Assembly: GCA_036278735.1 (NCBI GenBank)
Contig: DASUKM010000028.1
Coordinates: 66,141 to 130,140 of the forward strand
Length of the DNA: 64,000 bases
Direction: 5' to 3'
Origin: Vicinamibacterales bacterium
GTDB lineage: Bacteria; Acidobacteriota; Vicinamibacteria; Vicinamibacterales; 2-12-FULL-66-21
Numbering within the stretch: the stretch's first letter is position 1; every line of letters starts with the position of its first letter. The translations under genes and the position numbers were made by a program. The notes under the pieces are model-generated. The model saw only the letters and a list, made by a program, of their open reading frames with translations. It made no database searches and was not told where the DNA came from. Shown here piece after piece: positions 1-8,360 of this stretch.

Positions 1-762
1 GAACGCATCGGCCGGGGTATCGACCCATTTCAGCAGCTCGAGATCGGACGTCTTGATGGCGCCCCACTCGGCCAGCGGCTCGAGATCGAGCACCTGACGC
101 CAGTAGTGGCTGCCGTACAGGATCACGCAGAGCTGCTTCGAGAGCTTCCGCGTCTGCGCCAGCGTGAGGATCTCGAACATCTCGTCGAGCGTGCCGAACC
201 CGCCCGGAAAGATCACGAGCGCCTTCGCGAGATACGCGAACCAGAACTTGCGCATGAAAAAATAGTGGAACTCGAAGTGCAGGCCGTCGGTGATGTAGCG
301 GTTCGCCCCTTGTTCGAAAGGCAACCGGATGTTCAGGCCGATGGTCTTGCCCCCCGCTTCGGACGCGCCGCGGTTGGCGGCCTCCATGATGCCGGGGCCG
401 CCGCCCGAGCAGACCACGAAGCGGTGGCGAGGCGAGTCGAGCGACCGGCTCCAGCGCGTCAGGCGCTTGGCGAGATCCCGCGCATCCTCGTAATACTTCG
501 ACCAGGTCACCGCGGTGCGGCCGTGCTTCAGCGCGTCCTTGTAGTCGCGGCCGTGCTTGCCGCGGCGCAGCCGATCGAGCGCGCGGCGCGCCTCGACGCG
601 GCTGGCCACCCGCGCCGATCCGAAGAAGACCACCGTGTCCTGGATGTTCTGCTCGCGAAACCGGCGCAGCGGTTCGAGATATTCGGCGAGGATCCGGATC
701 GGCCGTGCTTCGTCGCTTTCGAGGAACTCGGGATCGTCGTACGCCAGCGGCTGCTTGTTCAC
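1..762 (-). CDS. LOG family protein (TIGR00730-type Rossmann fold, cytokinin riboside 5'-monophosphate phosphoribohydrolase-like); C-terminus runs off the left window edge
   Basis: Own minus-strand translation from GTG at 762 is open to base 1: VNKQPLAYDDPEFLESDEARPIRILAEYLEP...VVFFGSAR...CSGGGPGIMEAANRGA...IGLNIRLPFEQ...LVIFPGGFGTLDEMFE (PGGxGTxxE LOG signature). It is missing from the ORF track only because no stop lies in the window. The listed 106..885(+) ORF is its antisense shadow. Confidence 0.8.
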   Translation of the reverse strand, partial: MNKQPLAYDDPEFLESDEARPIRILAEYLEPLRRFREQNIQDTVVFFGSARVASRVEARRALDRLRRGKHGRDYKDALKHGRTAVTWSKYYEDARDLAKRLTRWSRSLDSPRHRFVVCSGGGPGIMEAANRGASEAGGKTIGLNIRLPFEQGANRYITDGLHFEFHYFFMRKFWFAYLAKALVIFPGGFGTLDEMFEILTLAQTRKLSKQLCVILYGSHYWRQVLDLEPLAEWGAIKTSDLELLKWVDTPADAF

Positions 763-818
763 GCGGAAATGACTGTATCATTTTCAATGCCGGTCTTCGG
801 TCCGGGAGGGGCCCATCA

Positions 819-1268
819 ATGGCGAGATCCGGGAGCGTGTGGGTGGCGGGGGCGGCGATCGTCTTCGCAGGCGCAGTGGCCGTGAGTGCGCGCGCGCCGC
901 TGCCGCAGCATGCGAAGCCGACGTCGGACAGCGGCTGGACGATACCGCCCGACGCGCGAACGGAACAGAACCCGATGGCCGGCAATCCCGCCGCGCTCGC
1001 GACCGGCAAGCAGCTGTTCAAGAACAACTGCCAGCGCTGCCACGGCCCCGGCGGCAAGGGAGACGGCCCCGACGCCGACCCGGATCGGCAGCACGACATG
1101 GACCTGACGAATCCGGCGGGCGCCGCGGCCAATCCCGACGGCGTGGTGTTCTACAAAGCGTGGAACGGCCGGCAGAAGCCGAAGATGCCTGCCTTCCGCG
1201 ACAAGCTGACGAAGGATCAGCTCTGGCAGATCGTCACGTACGTCGAAACGCTGCGGCAGAAGTCGTAG
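819..1268 (+). CDS. secreted class I c-type cytochrome
   Basis: CQRCH (CxxCH heme site), later KPKMPAF Met-ligand region, hydrophobic N-terminal signal MARSGSVWVAGAAIVFAGAVAVSA. ATG 819 is preceded by GGGAGGG. The 705 start of the track ORF overlaps the LOG gene start. Confidence 0.85.
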   Translation: MARSGSVWVAGAAIVFAGAVAVSARAPLPQHAKPTSDSGWTIPPDARTEQNPMAGNPAALATGKQLFKNNCQRCHGPGGKGDGPDADPDRQHDMDLTNPAGAAANPDGVVFYKAWNGRQKPKMPAFRDKLTKDQLWQIVTYVETLRQKS

Positions 1269-1290
1269 GGCCCACGGTGGAGAGTCCGGC

Positions 1291-2406
1291 CTACAAAAGA
1301 CGGGTGACCAGCTCGCCGATCGCGTAGCCGATCGCCGCGACGCCGAAGCCGACGAGGAACATGTCGCGGCCGCTCGCCCACACGCTGCGGCCGGTGAAGA
1401 TGCTGCGCGCCGCGCCGATCGCGAAGTGCGCGAGCATGCTGATCGTCAACGACATCCAAATGGCCGCCAGGTGCGGCATCACGAGGAAGGGCACGATCGG
1501 GATGAACGCGCCGACCGCGGTCGCGATCCCGGTGACGACGCCGTCCTTGAGGGGCGCAAGCTCCGCGGGATGGATGTTCAGCTCCTCGCGCACCTGCGTC
1601 TCGAGCGCGCGGGCCGGATCCTGCATCATCGTCCGGGCGGTCTCGCGCGCGCGTTCCGGCGTCAGCCCTTTCGTCTCGTAGATGAGCGCCAGCTCGTCTT
1701 CCTCGAGGTCGGGCATCAGCCGCATCTCGTGGCGCTCCATCTCGATCTGGTGCGCCTGGACTTCCGCCTCGCTCTTGGCCGCGAGATAGCCGCTCGCCCC
1801 CATCGACAGCGCGTCGGCAATCGCGCCCGCGATGCCGCTGATGATCACCATGTGCGGCGCGACGTCGGCGCCAATCACGCCGGCGACGAGGCCGAAGTTC
1901 GCCGTCAGGCCGTCGTTGAATCCATAGACGATGCTCCGGAGCAGGCCGCCGGCGCCGCCGACGTGCCAGGGCTCCCCTTCGCGCCCCATGACCTCCGACA
2001 GCTCGCGCGCGTGCACCGCCGACTCCGCGGCGATGTCGACCGCCGCCTTGTGGGTCTGGCGATGCGTCGACACCCCCGCCAGGCCCAGGTACGCCTGCAC
2101 CTCGCGCCCTTCCTCGGCGAGAATCAGCGGCAGCACCGTTGACGGGCCGAAGCGCGCCGCGACCCACGCCAGCAGACGCGTGCGCCGGGACGTCGCGTAA
2201 CGCGGAAGCGGACGCTCCGCCTGCGCGAACAACTCCTCCCACCGCTTCGCGTGCTGGTCTTCGACGACCGCCAGCCGCTCGAACAGGTTGCGGCGCTCGG
2301 GCGTGGGCTCGACCTTCGCCAGCGCCCGGTACAGGAACGCGGCATCGCGCTCGTCGGCGTAGTGCTCGTCCCAGCTCTCGTCGGAGTCGAGTCGATCGGC
2401 TGACAT
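1291..2406 (-). CDS. VIT1/CCC1-family Fe/Mn transporter with N-terminal ferritin-like domain
   Basis: Ferritin-like N-domain (DERDAAFLYRALA...VVEDQHAKRWEELF) followed by VIT1 core (RSIVYGFNDGLTANFGLVAGVIGA and C-terminal TM segments). I chose the ATG at 2406 (MSADRLDS). The 472-aa extension to 2709 is Arg/Gly-rich and not credible. Confidence 0.85.
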   Translation of the reverse strand: MSADRLDSDESWDEHYADERDAAFLYRALAKVEPTPERRNLFERLAVVEDQHAKRWEELFAQAERPLPRYATSRRTRLLAWVAARFGPSTVLPLILAEEGREVQAYLGLAGVSTHRQTHKAAVDIAAESAVHARELSEVMGREGEPWHVGGAGGLLRSIVYGFNDGLTANFGLVAGVIGADVAPHMVIISGIAGAIADALSMGASGYLAAKSEAEVQAHQIEMERHEMRLMPDLEEDELALIYETKGLTPERARETARTMMQDPARALETQVREELNIHPAELAPLKDGVVTGIATAVGAFIPIVPFLVMPHLAAIWMSLTISMLAHFAIGAARSIFTGRSVWASGRDMFLVGFGVAAIGYAIGELVTRLL

Positions 2407-2442
2407 CGCTACAGGATACTTTTTTCGGGTTACGATCGTGCC

Positions 2443-2817
2443 ATGCAGCCAGGCGCCCAGGTTCCGCACTTCGAGGCCACGACGGTCGAGGGGCGCCGGA
2501 TCAGCTATCGCCAGCTCTGGCAGCGGCGCAATCTGGTGCTGATCGTCGTCGCCGACGCGGCTGCCGCCGCCCCTTACCTCGACAGCCTCCGCGCATCCGA
2601 GGCCGACCTGACCGCCCACGACACGGCGCTCGTCGTCACCGCCGGACCCGTCGGCGACCTCCGGCCCAACGCGGTCCTGATCGCGGACCGCTGGGGTGAA
2701 ATTCATCACGTGGCTGACGGGCTGCCGCTCGATCGCCTGCCGGATCCCGCGTCGCTGGTCGAATGGCTGCGGTTCGTTCAGGTGCAGTGCCCGGAGTGCC
2801 AGGGAGAAACGCGCTGA
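2443..2817 (+). CDS. redoxin/AhpC-TSA-like thioredoxin-fold protein (no canonical peroxidatic Cys seen)
   Basis: Pattern GAQVPHFEATTVEGRRISYRQLWQRRNLVLIVV...ALVVTAGP...AVLIADRWGEI resembles peroxiredoxin-fold layout. C-terminal CPEC. Family call is tentative. Confidence 0.5.
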   Translation: MQPGAQVPHFEATTVEGRRISYRQLWQRRNLVLIVVADAAAAAPYLDSLRASEADLTAHDTALVVTAGPVGDLRPNAVLIADRWGEIHHVADGLPLDRLPDPASLVEWLRFVQVQCPECQGETR

Positions 2818-3296
2818 CGCCCGAGTTCGACCACTCGGTGCTGATCGGCGCCGCGCCGACGCGCGTGCTGGCCGCCTTCTTCGACCCGCGCGCGCTCGCC
2901 GTCTGGTGGCAGGTGGCGCGGTCGATGACGACGCCGCGGCCGCTCGGCGTCTACGCGGTCGAGTGGACGCCGACCGCCGAACCGGACGAGATTCTCGGCC
3001 GTCTGGGGGGCGTGTTCCACGGCACCGTGATGGAGTACAAGGCCGGCCGCGAGTTTTTCGTGGCCGACGCGTGGTGGCTGGCGCCCGACGGCGATCCGAT
3101 CGGCCCGATGGCGCTCGCGGTGACCTGCGCGATGGACGGGCCCGCCTGCCGGCTGCGGGTGCGGCAGACCGGATTCGAGGAGAGCCCGCGCTGGCGGCGC
3201 TATTACGGCGTGATCGGCCAGGGCTGGCACCTCTCGCTCGCGGGGCTGAAGCGCTACATGGAATCGCTCATCGCGGCCACCGACTCGCCGGTGTAA
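2763..3296 (+). CDS. SRPBCC / AHSA1 (Aha1-like) domain protein
   Basis: FDHSVLIGAAPTRVLAAFFDPRALAVWW... matches the typical start of the Activator-of-Hsp90-ATPase-homolog-like SRPBCC domain. True start uncertain: in-frame GTGs at 2787 and 2796 would shorten the overlap with the upstream gene. Confidence 0.6.
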   Translation: MAAVRSGAVPGVPGRNALTPEFDHSVLIGAAPTRVLAAFFDPRALAVWWQVARSMTTPRPLGVYAVEWTPTAEPDEILGRLGGVFHGTVMEYKAGREFFVADAWWLAPDGDPIGPMALAVTCAMDGPACRLRVRQTGFEESPRWRRYYGVIGQGWHLSLAGLKRYMESLIAATDSPV

Positions 3297-4419
3297 CGCC
3301 GACCAGGCGTCCGATGCCGATGGCGATCGGCGCGGCGGCGAAACTGAGCAGCGCGCCCATCTTCGCTTCGTCCAGCAGCACGCCGCCATTGGGGAACGCA
3401 GCGGTCGCGAAGAACAGCGCCACCGTAAAGCCAATCCCCGCCGCAATCCCGACGATCACCATCTCGCGCGTGCGGATCCCGCGGGGCAGCCGCAGCCCGA
3501 GGACGACGCCGGCGTAACTCAACATCAGAATGCCCAGCGGCTTGCCGAGCAGCAACGCCGAGAGCACCATCCAGGTCGCCGCGCCTACCGTCGTGAGCGG
3601 TACGCCGGCATTCACCAGGCCGAAGAAGAACAGCACGACCTGCACGGGAAGATTCCACCACTCCTCGAAGTGACTCAACGTGTCGCGCCGCAGCGGTTCT
3701 CCTTCGGCCAGCACGCCGAGATCGCGGCGGGCGGCCGGCATGAACGGCACGATCGCGACGAGCGCGAGCGCCGGATGAAAGCCGCCGAGGTACAGCGCGA
3801 CCCACGAGCAGGAACCCGCGACGGCGACGTAGGGCCAGAAGCTGTGCACGCGGCGCCGGCGGAACATCCAGGCGAGCACCAGCGCCGGCGTCATCAGCGC
3901 GAAAAAGCTCGCGAACGAGATCGCCCGCGCCGGATAGAACAGCGCCAGGATCACGAGCCCCAGCGCATCGTCTGCAATGGCGAGCAGCAGCAGGAACGGG
4001 ATGGCCGGGTGCTCGCGCGGAAAGATGAAGCGGGCGGCCAGATACGAGAACGCGATATCGGTGGCGCAGGGAATCGCCCAGCCGCGATGCAGATCCGGAC
4101 GGCCGAGCAGCGTCGAGTACGTGAGGTACAAGAGCGCCGGCATCAGCATGCCGCCGCAGGCCGCCAGCACGGGGAGCGCGGCCTCGCGCGGGGACGACAG
4201 CGCCCCGCCAGGCAGCATCGCCTCGACGATCTCCTTCGTCGCGAGCGCGAAGAAGAAGACCATGCCGACGTCGTTGACGGCGAATTCCAGGGCGTGCGCG
4301 AACGGCTCGTACGTGTCGCGCGAGAGATTCGCCCAGAGCAGGCCGAACAGGGTTCCGCCGATCAGGAGGCCGGAGTTCGCGGCGATGACCGCCCAGACGC
4401 GGCCGGCAAGCGCGCGCAT
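3268..4419 (-). CDS. nhaA: Na+/H+ antiporter NhaA
   Basis: NhaA-like sequence throughout (FAVNDVGMVFFFALATKEI, IPCATDIAFSY, LLLAIADDALG with the paired Asp, multiple TM segments). ATG 4419 (MRALAG...) is preferred over the 4536 extension. Confidence 0.85.
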   Translation of the reverse strand: MRALAGRVWAVIAANSGLLIGGTLFGLLWANLSRDTYEPFAHALEFAVNDVGMVFFFALATKEIVEAMLPGGALSSPREAALPVLAACGGMLMPALLYLTYSTLLGRPDLHRGWAIPCATDIAFSYLAARFIFPREHPAIPFLLLLAIADDALGLVILALFYPARAISFASFFALMTPALVLAWMFRRRRVHSFWPYVAVAGSCSWVALYLGGFHPALALVAIVPFMPAARRDLGVLAEGEPLRRDTLSHFEEWWNLPVQVVLFFFGLVNAGVPLTTVGAATWMVLSALLLGKPLGILMLSYAGVVLGLRLPRGIRTREMVIVGIAAGIGFTVALFFATAAFPNGGVLLDEAKMGALLSFAAAPIAIGIGRLVGVTPASRWPR

Positions 4420-4554
4420 CAGGACACCAGCCGCCGCGGGTCGTGGGTGGGCTGCGCGCTGGCCGGTGGCATCCTGGTACGTTACCCTAACAGCCCGTGG
4501 CTGTTGCGCCCATTCTCGATACGGGCGCTCCACCATCTCGTGACGCGTCCGTCA

Positions 4555-4628
4555 CGGAGCGGCGCCGGTGGCGCCGCGAGCGAGCGTGTAAGGGGGTCCG
4601 GAGGACGAAAGTCCCCCGGGTGAGTAAT
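4555..4628. repeat. copy 1 of a ~73-bp two-hairpin intergenic element
   Basis: cggagCGGCGCCggtGGCGCCGcgagcgagcgtgtaaggggGTCCGGaGGACgaaaGTCCcCCGGGTgagtaat. It has hairpin A (7-bp stem, 3-nt loop) and hairpin B (GNRA GAAA tetraloop). It is near-identical to 4690..4762. Confidence 0.8.
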
Positions 4629-4689
4629 TGAAGACAGCCGCATGATTCAGGGTCGCCAGCGAGCGAGCGCCGCGAGCGAGCCACGGGAG

Positions 4690-4762
4690 CGGAGCGGCGC
4701 CGGTGGCGCCGCGAGCGAGCGTGTAAGGGGGTCCAGGGGACGAAAGTCCCCCGGTAAGTAAT
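4690..4762. repeat. copy 2 of the ~73-bp two-hairpin intergenic element
   Basis: Same sequence as 4555..4628 except tccGgAgg -> tccAgGgg and the 3' tail (ggtaagtaat). The two substitutions move the single A.C mismatch within hairpin B but keep the stem. Confidence 0.8.
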
Positions 4763-4952
4763 GGATGTTGCTACCTGGCTCGCGCAAGCGAGCGCCGACG
4801 CCAGTGCCCGCGGGCTCGAGCCGCTACGGCCGCTCTTGCAGGCGCTCGCCAGGTCGATGCAGGCGCTGCGCGATGCCGACGCGGCGTTCAGGCATCCGGC
4901 GGCGGATGCGCCTCGCGGCGGCGACGCCGGGCGCTCCCGGACCGGATCGTGA
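4761..4952 (+). CDS. small hypothetical protein (63 aa) translationally coupled to the amidase
   Basis: ATG 4761. Its TGA (4950-4952) overlaps the amidase GTG (4949) as GTGA. Helical Ala/Leu-rich sequence MDVATWLAQASADASARGLEPLRPLLQALARSMQALRD. Coding status not proven. Confidence 0.4.
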   Translation: MDVATWLAQASADASARGLEPLRPLLQALARSMQALRDADAAFRHPAADAPRGGDAGRSRTGS

Positions 4953-6310
4953 ACGCACCGCTGGATCTCGCCTCGGCCGCCGCGCTCGTCAAACGGCAAC
5001 AGCTATCCTCCTCGCAGCTCGTCCGCGACTGTCTCGATCGTATTGCGGCCGGAAATGCCGCGCTCAACGCGTTCGTGGCCGTGTTCGAACGGGAAGCCGT
5101 CGAAGAGGCCGCCGTCGCCGACCGCGAGATCCGCGAGGGTCGCTATCGCGGCGCGCTGCACGGGATCCCTGTCTCCGTCAAGGATCTCGTCGACGTCGCC
5201 GGCTCGCCGACCACGTCCGGCTCCGCGGTCCCCGCGCGGCTGCCTGACCGCGATGCCCCCGTCGTCGCGCAGCTGCGCCGCGCCGGCGCGATTCTGATCG
5301 GCAAGACGAACCTGCACGAGTTCGCGTTCGGGACGACGAGCGACGAGACGGCGTCGGGGCCGGTGCATCACCCGCTGGATCCTTCGCGCAGCCCTGGCGG
5401 GTCGAGCGGAGGGGCGGCCGTCGCGATCGTCGAAGGGATGTGTCTCGGCTCGATCGGCACTGACACGGGAGGTTCCATCCGGATTCCGTCGGCCGCGTGC
5501 GGGATCACCGGACTGAAGCCGACGGTCGGCGAACTGCCGTGCGCCGGGATCGTCCCGCTCAGCACGACGCTCGACCACGTCGGCCCCATGACCCGCACCG
5601 TGACCGACGCGGCGCTGATGTTCCATGCGATGGCCGGCGCGAAACCGCGCCCCCCCCGCCGGACAGCCGCGCTGCAGCTCGCCGTGCCGCGGCCGTACTT
5701 CTTCGACATCCTGGACGACGACGTCCGGGCGCTGTTCGAACGAGCGACGGCGCGCACCATTGAGGGGGGCAGCCGTGTCACGGACGTGGCGATTCCGCAC
5801 GTCGAGCGCACGCCGGACGCGTATCTGCTGATCTCGCTGCCCGAGGCCGCGTGGTACCACGCGCCGCTGCTCGCGCGCTATGCCGACCGCTATTCGCCCG
5901 GCGTGCGACTGCGCCTGGAGATGGGCGGGTACGTGCTCGCCGAAGACTACGTCCGCGCGATGCACGCACGCGACGTGCTGCGCGAGGAGGTCGATCGCGC
6001 GCTCGAGGACGCCGATGCGCTGCTGCTCCCCACGCTGCCGATCGCCGCGCCTCCACTGGGCGCGTCGACGGTCCAGGTTGGCGGCACGACCCAGCCGGTC
6101 CGCGCGATGATGCTCCGCCTGACGCAGCTCTTCAACATCACCGGTCATCCGGCGATCGCGATCCCCGCGGGCACCGGACGCGACGGGTTCCCGCGCTCGT
6201 TCCAGCTCGTCGGGAAACGCGGCGCGACCGCCCGGCTGCTCGATGCGGCGCTCACGCTCGAGCGTCAACTCGCCGGCGGCGCGGGATCGGTCGGCGGCGG
6301 CACCGGATGA
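4949..6310 (+). CDS. amidase-signature family amidase (GatA-like)
   Basis: GIPVSVKDL (catalytic Lys region), GGSSGGAA and GTDTGGSIRIPSA (Ser-cisSer) amidase signature. Confidence 0.9.
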   Translation: MNAPLDLASAAALVKRQQLSSSQLVRDCLDRIAAGNAALNAFVAVFEREAVEEAAVADREIREGRYRGALHGIPVSVKDLVDVAGSPTTSGSAVPARLPDRDAPVVAQLRRAGAILIGKTNLHEFAFGTTSDETASGPVHHPLDPSRSPGGSSGGAAVAIVEGMCLGSIGTDTGGSIRIPSAACGITGLKPTVGELPCAGIVPLSTTLDHVGPMTRTVTDAALMFHAMAGAKPRPPRRTAALQLAVPRPYFFDILDDDVRALFERATARTIEGGSRVTDVAIPHVERTPDAYLLISLPEAAWYHAPLLARYADRYSPGVRLRLEMGGYVLAEDYVRAMHARDVLREEVDRALEDADALLLPTLPIAAPPLGASTVQVGGTTQPVRAMMLRLTQLFNITGHPAIAIPAGTGRDGFPRSFQLVGKRGATARLLDAALTLERQLAGGAGSVGGGTG

Positions 6311-6467
6311 ATCTCCGGCCCATCGTCCGGCTCGGGCTGCGCAGGCGGCAGCGGCCGGTTGACAGGGGGCGGCTGCTCGATGACGTCGGGCGGACGAGGC
6401 GCGTCAGGTTTGGACGGCTGTTCGATCATTCATGAGATGGGTGCAAGGAACGCACCCGGGGAAGAGG

Positions 6468-6502
6468 ACGGAAGACGGAGGACGGAGGACGGAGGACGGA
6501 CA
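6468..6502. repeat. tandem heptamer repeat ACGGAGG x5 (ends degenerate)
   Basis: acggaag acggagg acggagg acggagg acggaca, read directly. Intergenic, 39 nt upstream of the rhodanese ATG. Confidence 0.9.
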
Positions 6503-6540
6503 GAAGTTAGAATGTCAGAGGATTGCAAGGCACTCATTCC

Positions 6541-6972
6541 ATGATCAAGAACATACCGGTTCAGCAGGCGCACGAGCAGGTCAGCAAGGGCGAGACGTAC
6601 CTCGACGTTCGTTCCGTGCCCGAGTTCGAGCAGGGGCATCCGGCGGGGGCGTACAACATTCCGCTGCTGCACATGGATCCCGATACGCGGCAGATGTTTC
6701 CGAATCACGACTTCCTCACGGTCGTGCAGGCGACCTTCGCGCCCGAGACGCCGCTCGTCGTCGGCTGTCAGGCCGGTGCGCGGTCGATGCAGGCGTGTCA
6801 GGTGTTGTCGCAGGCGGGCTATACGCAGCTCGCGAACGTGGCGGGCGGGTTCCGCGGATCGCGCACGGGCGATCAGGGCTGGGTCGACGCCGCCCTGCCC
6901 GTCGAAACCGCGGCGGATGCCGCACGGCAGTACGAGACGCTGCAGGCCCGGGCCGCCGGCCCGGCGCGCTGA
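6541..6972 (+). CDS. rhodanese-like sulfurtransferase domain protein
   Basis: YLDVRSVPEFEQGHPAGAYNIP and active-site loop CQAGARS. ATG at 6541 (MIKNIP). Confidence 0.85.
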   Translation: MIKNIPVQQAHEQVSKGETYLDVRSVPEFEQGHPAGAYNIPLLHMDPDTRQMFPNHDFLTVVQATFAPETPLVVGCQAGARSMQACQVLSQAGYTQLANVAGGFRGSRTGDQGWVDAALPVETAADAARQYETLQARAAGPAR

Positions 6973-6976
6973 CGGC

Positions 6977-7990
6977 GTGCTCGCCCGCGTTTTTCATCAT
7001 TGGGAGCGGCGGCTCGCGTCGCTCACCACGGACCGCGTGGTGCGCCCGTTCGAGTGGGGCGCTGAATGGCTCGACGTGCCGGGGCTCGCCGGCGCGCGGG
7101 ATCCGTCGGGAATCCTGCAGGCCTGGGGAGAGCGCACCGCGGCCGACAGCGCCGCGTTCTTCGACGTCCGTGCCGCCGACGATTACGCGCTCGACGGCGA
7201 CCTGCTGACCTTCAGCAGCGCGGTCCAGACGCCGCATCCCGGGAACAACGTCGTTCACGCCCGTCTGTTTCCGGAGGAATCAGCCGAGGGGCGCCGGCGC
7301 GCCGTGCTGGTGCTGCCCCAGTGGAACGCCGACACCGACGGACACGTCGGGCTCTGCCGGCTGCTGAACCGGTTCGGCCTGAGCGCGCTGCGGCTGACGC
7401 TCCCGTACCACGACGCGCGCCGGCCGCCCGAACTCACGCGCGCCGACTACATCGTCAGCGCGAACATCGGGCGCACGGTGCAGGTCTGCCGGCAGGCGGT
7501 GCTGGACGCGCGGCGTGCCGTGGCGTGGCTGAGCGCGCGCGGCTACACGTCGATCGGGATCCTCGGCACGAGCCTCGGCTCGTGCCTCGCGATGCTGACG
7601 GCCGCCCACGAACCGCTCATCGGCGCCGCGGCGCTGAACCACGTGTCCCCCTTCTTTGCCGACGTCGTCTGGCACGGCCTGTCCACCGCGCACGTGCGCG
7701 AGGGGCTCGATGGCCACATCGACCTCGACGCGCTCCGGCGCATCTGGCTGCCGATCAGTCCGTGGCCCTACATCGAACGGATGCGCGGCCGCCGCGTCCT
7801 GCTCGTCTACGCGCGGTACGACCTGACGTTCCCCGTCGATCTGTCGCAGCGGCTGGTGGCGGAGTTCGCCAGGCGCCGGGTCCCGCACCGCCACGTGGCG
7901 CTCCCGTGCGGGCATTACAGCACGGGCGTGACCCCCTTCAAGTGGATGGATGGGCTCACGCTCGCCAGGTTTCTCGAGCGGAGTCTCTGA
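6977..7990 (+). CDS. alpha/beta hydrolase fold protein
   Basis: Nucleophile elbow GTSLGS (GxSxG), later D and H (PCGHYS) consistent with a Ser-Asp-His triad. GTG 6977 lies just after the rhodanese stop. The upstream part of the 404-aa ORF overlaps rhodanese in another frame. Confidence 0.75.
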   Translation: MLARVFHHWERRLASLTTDRVVRPFEWGAEWLDVPGLAGARDPSGILQAWGERTAADSAAFFDVRAADDYALDGDLLTFSSAVQTPHPGNNVVHARLFPEESAEGRRRAVLVLPQWNADTDGHVGLCRLLNRFGLSALRLTLPYHDARRPPELTRADYIVSANIGRTVQVCRQAVLDARRAVAWLSARGYTSIGILGTSLGSCLAMLTAAHEPLIGAAALNHVSPFFADVVWHGLSTAHVREGLDGHIDLDALRRIWLPISPWPYIERMRGRRVLLVYARYDLTFPVDLSQRLVAEFARRRVPHRHVALPCGHYSTGVTPFKWMDGLTLARFLERSL

Positions 7991-8125
7991 AGGGACATCG
8001 AGGGTCGGCGCGCGGGGTGCGGGCCTCCGAACCGGGTGGACGACTGACGGATCAGACCGGATACACCGCCCGCTCGGCGTTCAGGTACCGATTCCGCATT
8101 TGCCGTTGTACACTTGGCCGATCCT

Positions 8126-8329
8126 ATGACCGTCGCGCGGGTCAGCCTCAGCGTCGTCGGCGTCGTCGGGGTAGTGGCCGCGGCGCTCGCTGCTGCGACG
8201 ATCTGGCTGATCGTCACGCAGCCCGTGACAGTCGCCGACGCCGTCGCCTCGGGCGAAGTGTCTCCTCTGGTCCGTGCGCTTGCCGGCGTGCTCTACAACG
8301 CGCTCGAGGGACTCATCAAGTATCTGTAG
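8126..8329 (+). CDS. small membrane protein, hypothetical
   Basis: MTVARVSLSVVGVVGVVAAALAAATIWLIV: one clear TM helix. Lies in an otherwise empty intergenic gap. Confidence 0.45.
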   Translation: MTVARVSLSVVGVVGVVAAALAAATIWLIVTQPVTVADAVASGEVSPLVRALAGVLYNALEGLIKYL

Positions 8330-8360
8330 CTCCCCGCCCCCCGCCCCCGGCGCTCCGCCA

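Noticed and set aside
106-885. 259-aa plus-strand ORF at the left edge
   Set aside because: Arg/Glu/Ala-rich with no motifs. It is exactly antisense to a well-supported LOG-family gene (1..762, minus). It is a typical high-GC shadow ORF.
4555-4762. Possibility that the repeats (here or the heptamer arrays) are a CRISPR array
   Set aside because: There are only two copies here, with a 61-bp GC-repetitive spacer and no cas genes. The heptamer and 11-mer arrays have no spacers at all.
4541-4763. Two mini-ORFs ending inside the 73-bp repeats (about 26 aa from GTG 4540 and 39 aa from ATG 4642, both ending ...SGAGGAASERVRGS.GRKSPG)
   Set aside because: The shared C-termini are a by-product of the DNA repeat. 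There is no SD and the composition is Gly/Arg-rich. The hairpin-preserving substitutions argue for nucleic-acid structure rather than coding.
4487-4999. 170-aa minus ORF containing an internally repeated peptide (GTFV..TPLHARSRRHRRRS twice)
   Set aside because: The peptide repeat is just the translation of the duplicated 73-bp DNA element. The ORF spans a divergent promoter region and the start of the amidase gene on the wrong strand.
6265-6429. 54-aa proline-rich minus-strand ORF (MIEQPSKPDAPRPPDVIEQPPPVNRPLPP...) overlapping the amidase 3' end
   Set aside because: It is low-complexity Pro-rich translation of GC-rich DNA. It overlaps a solid gene convergently and has no SD.
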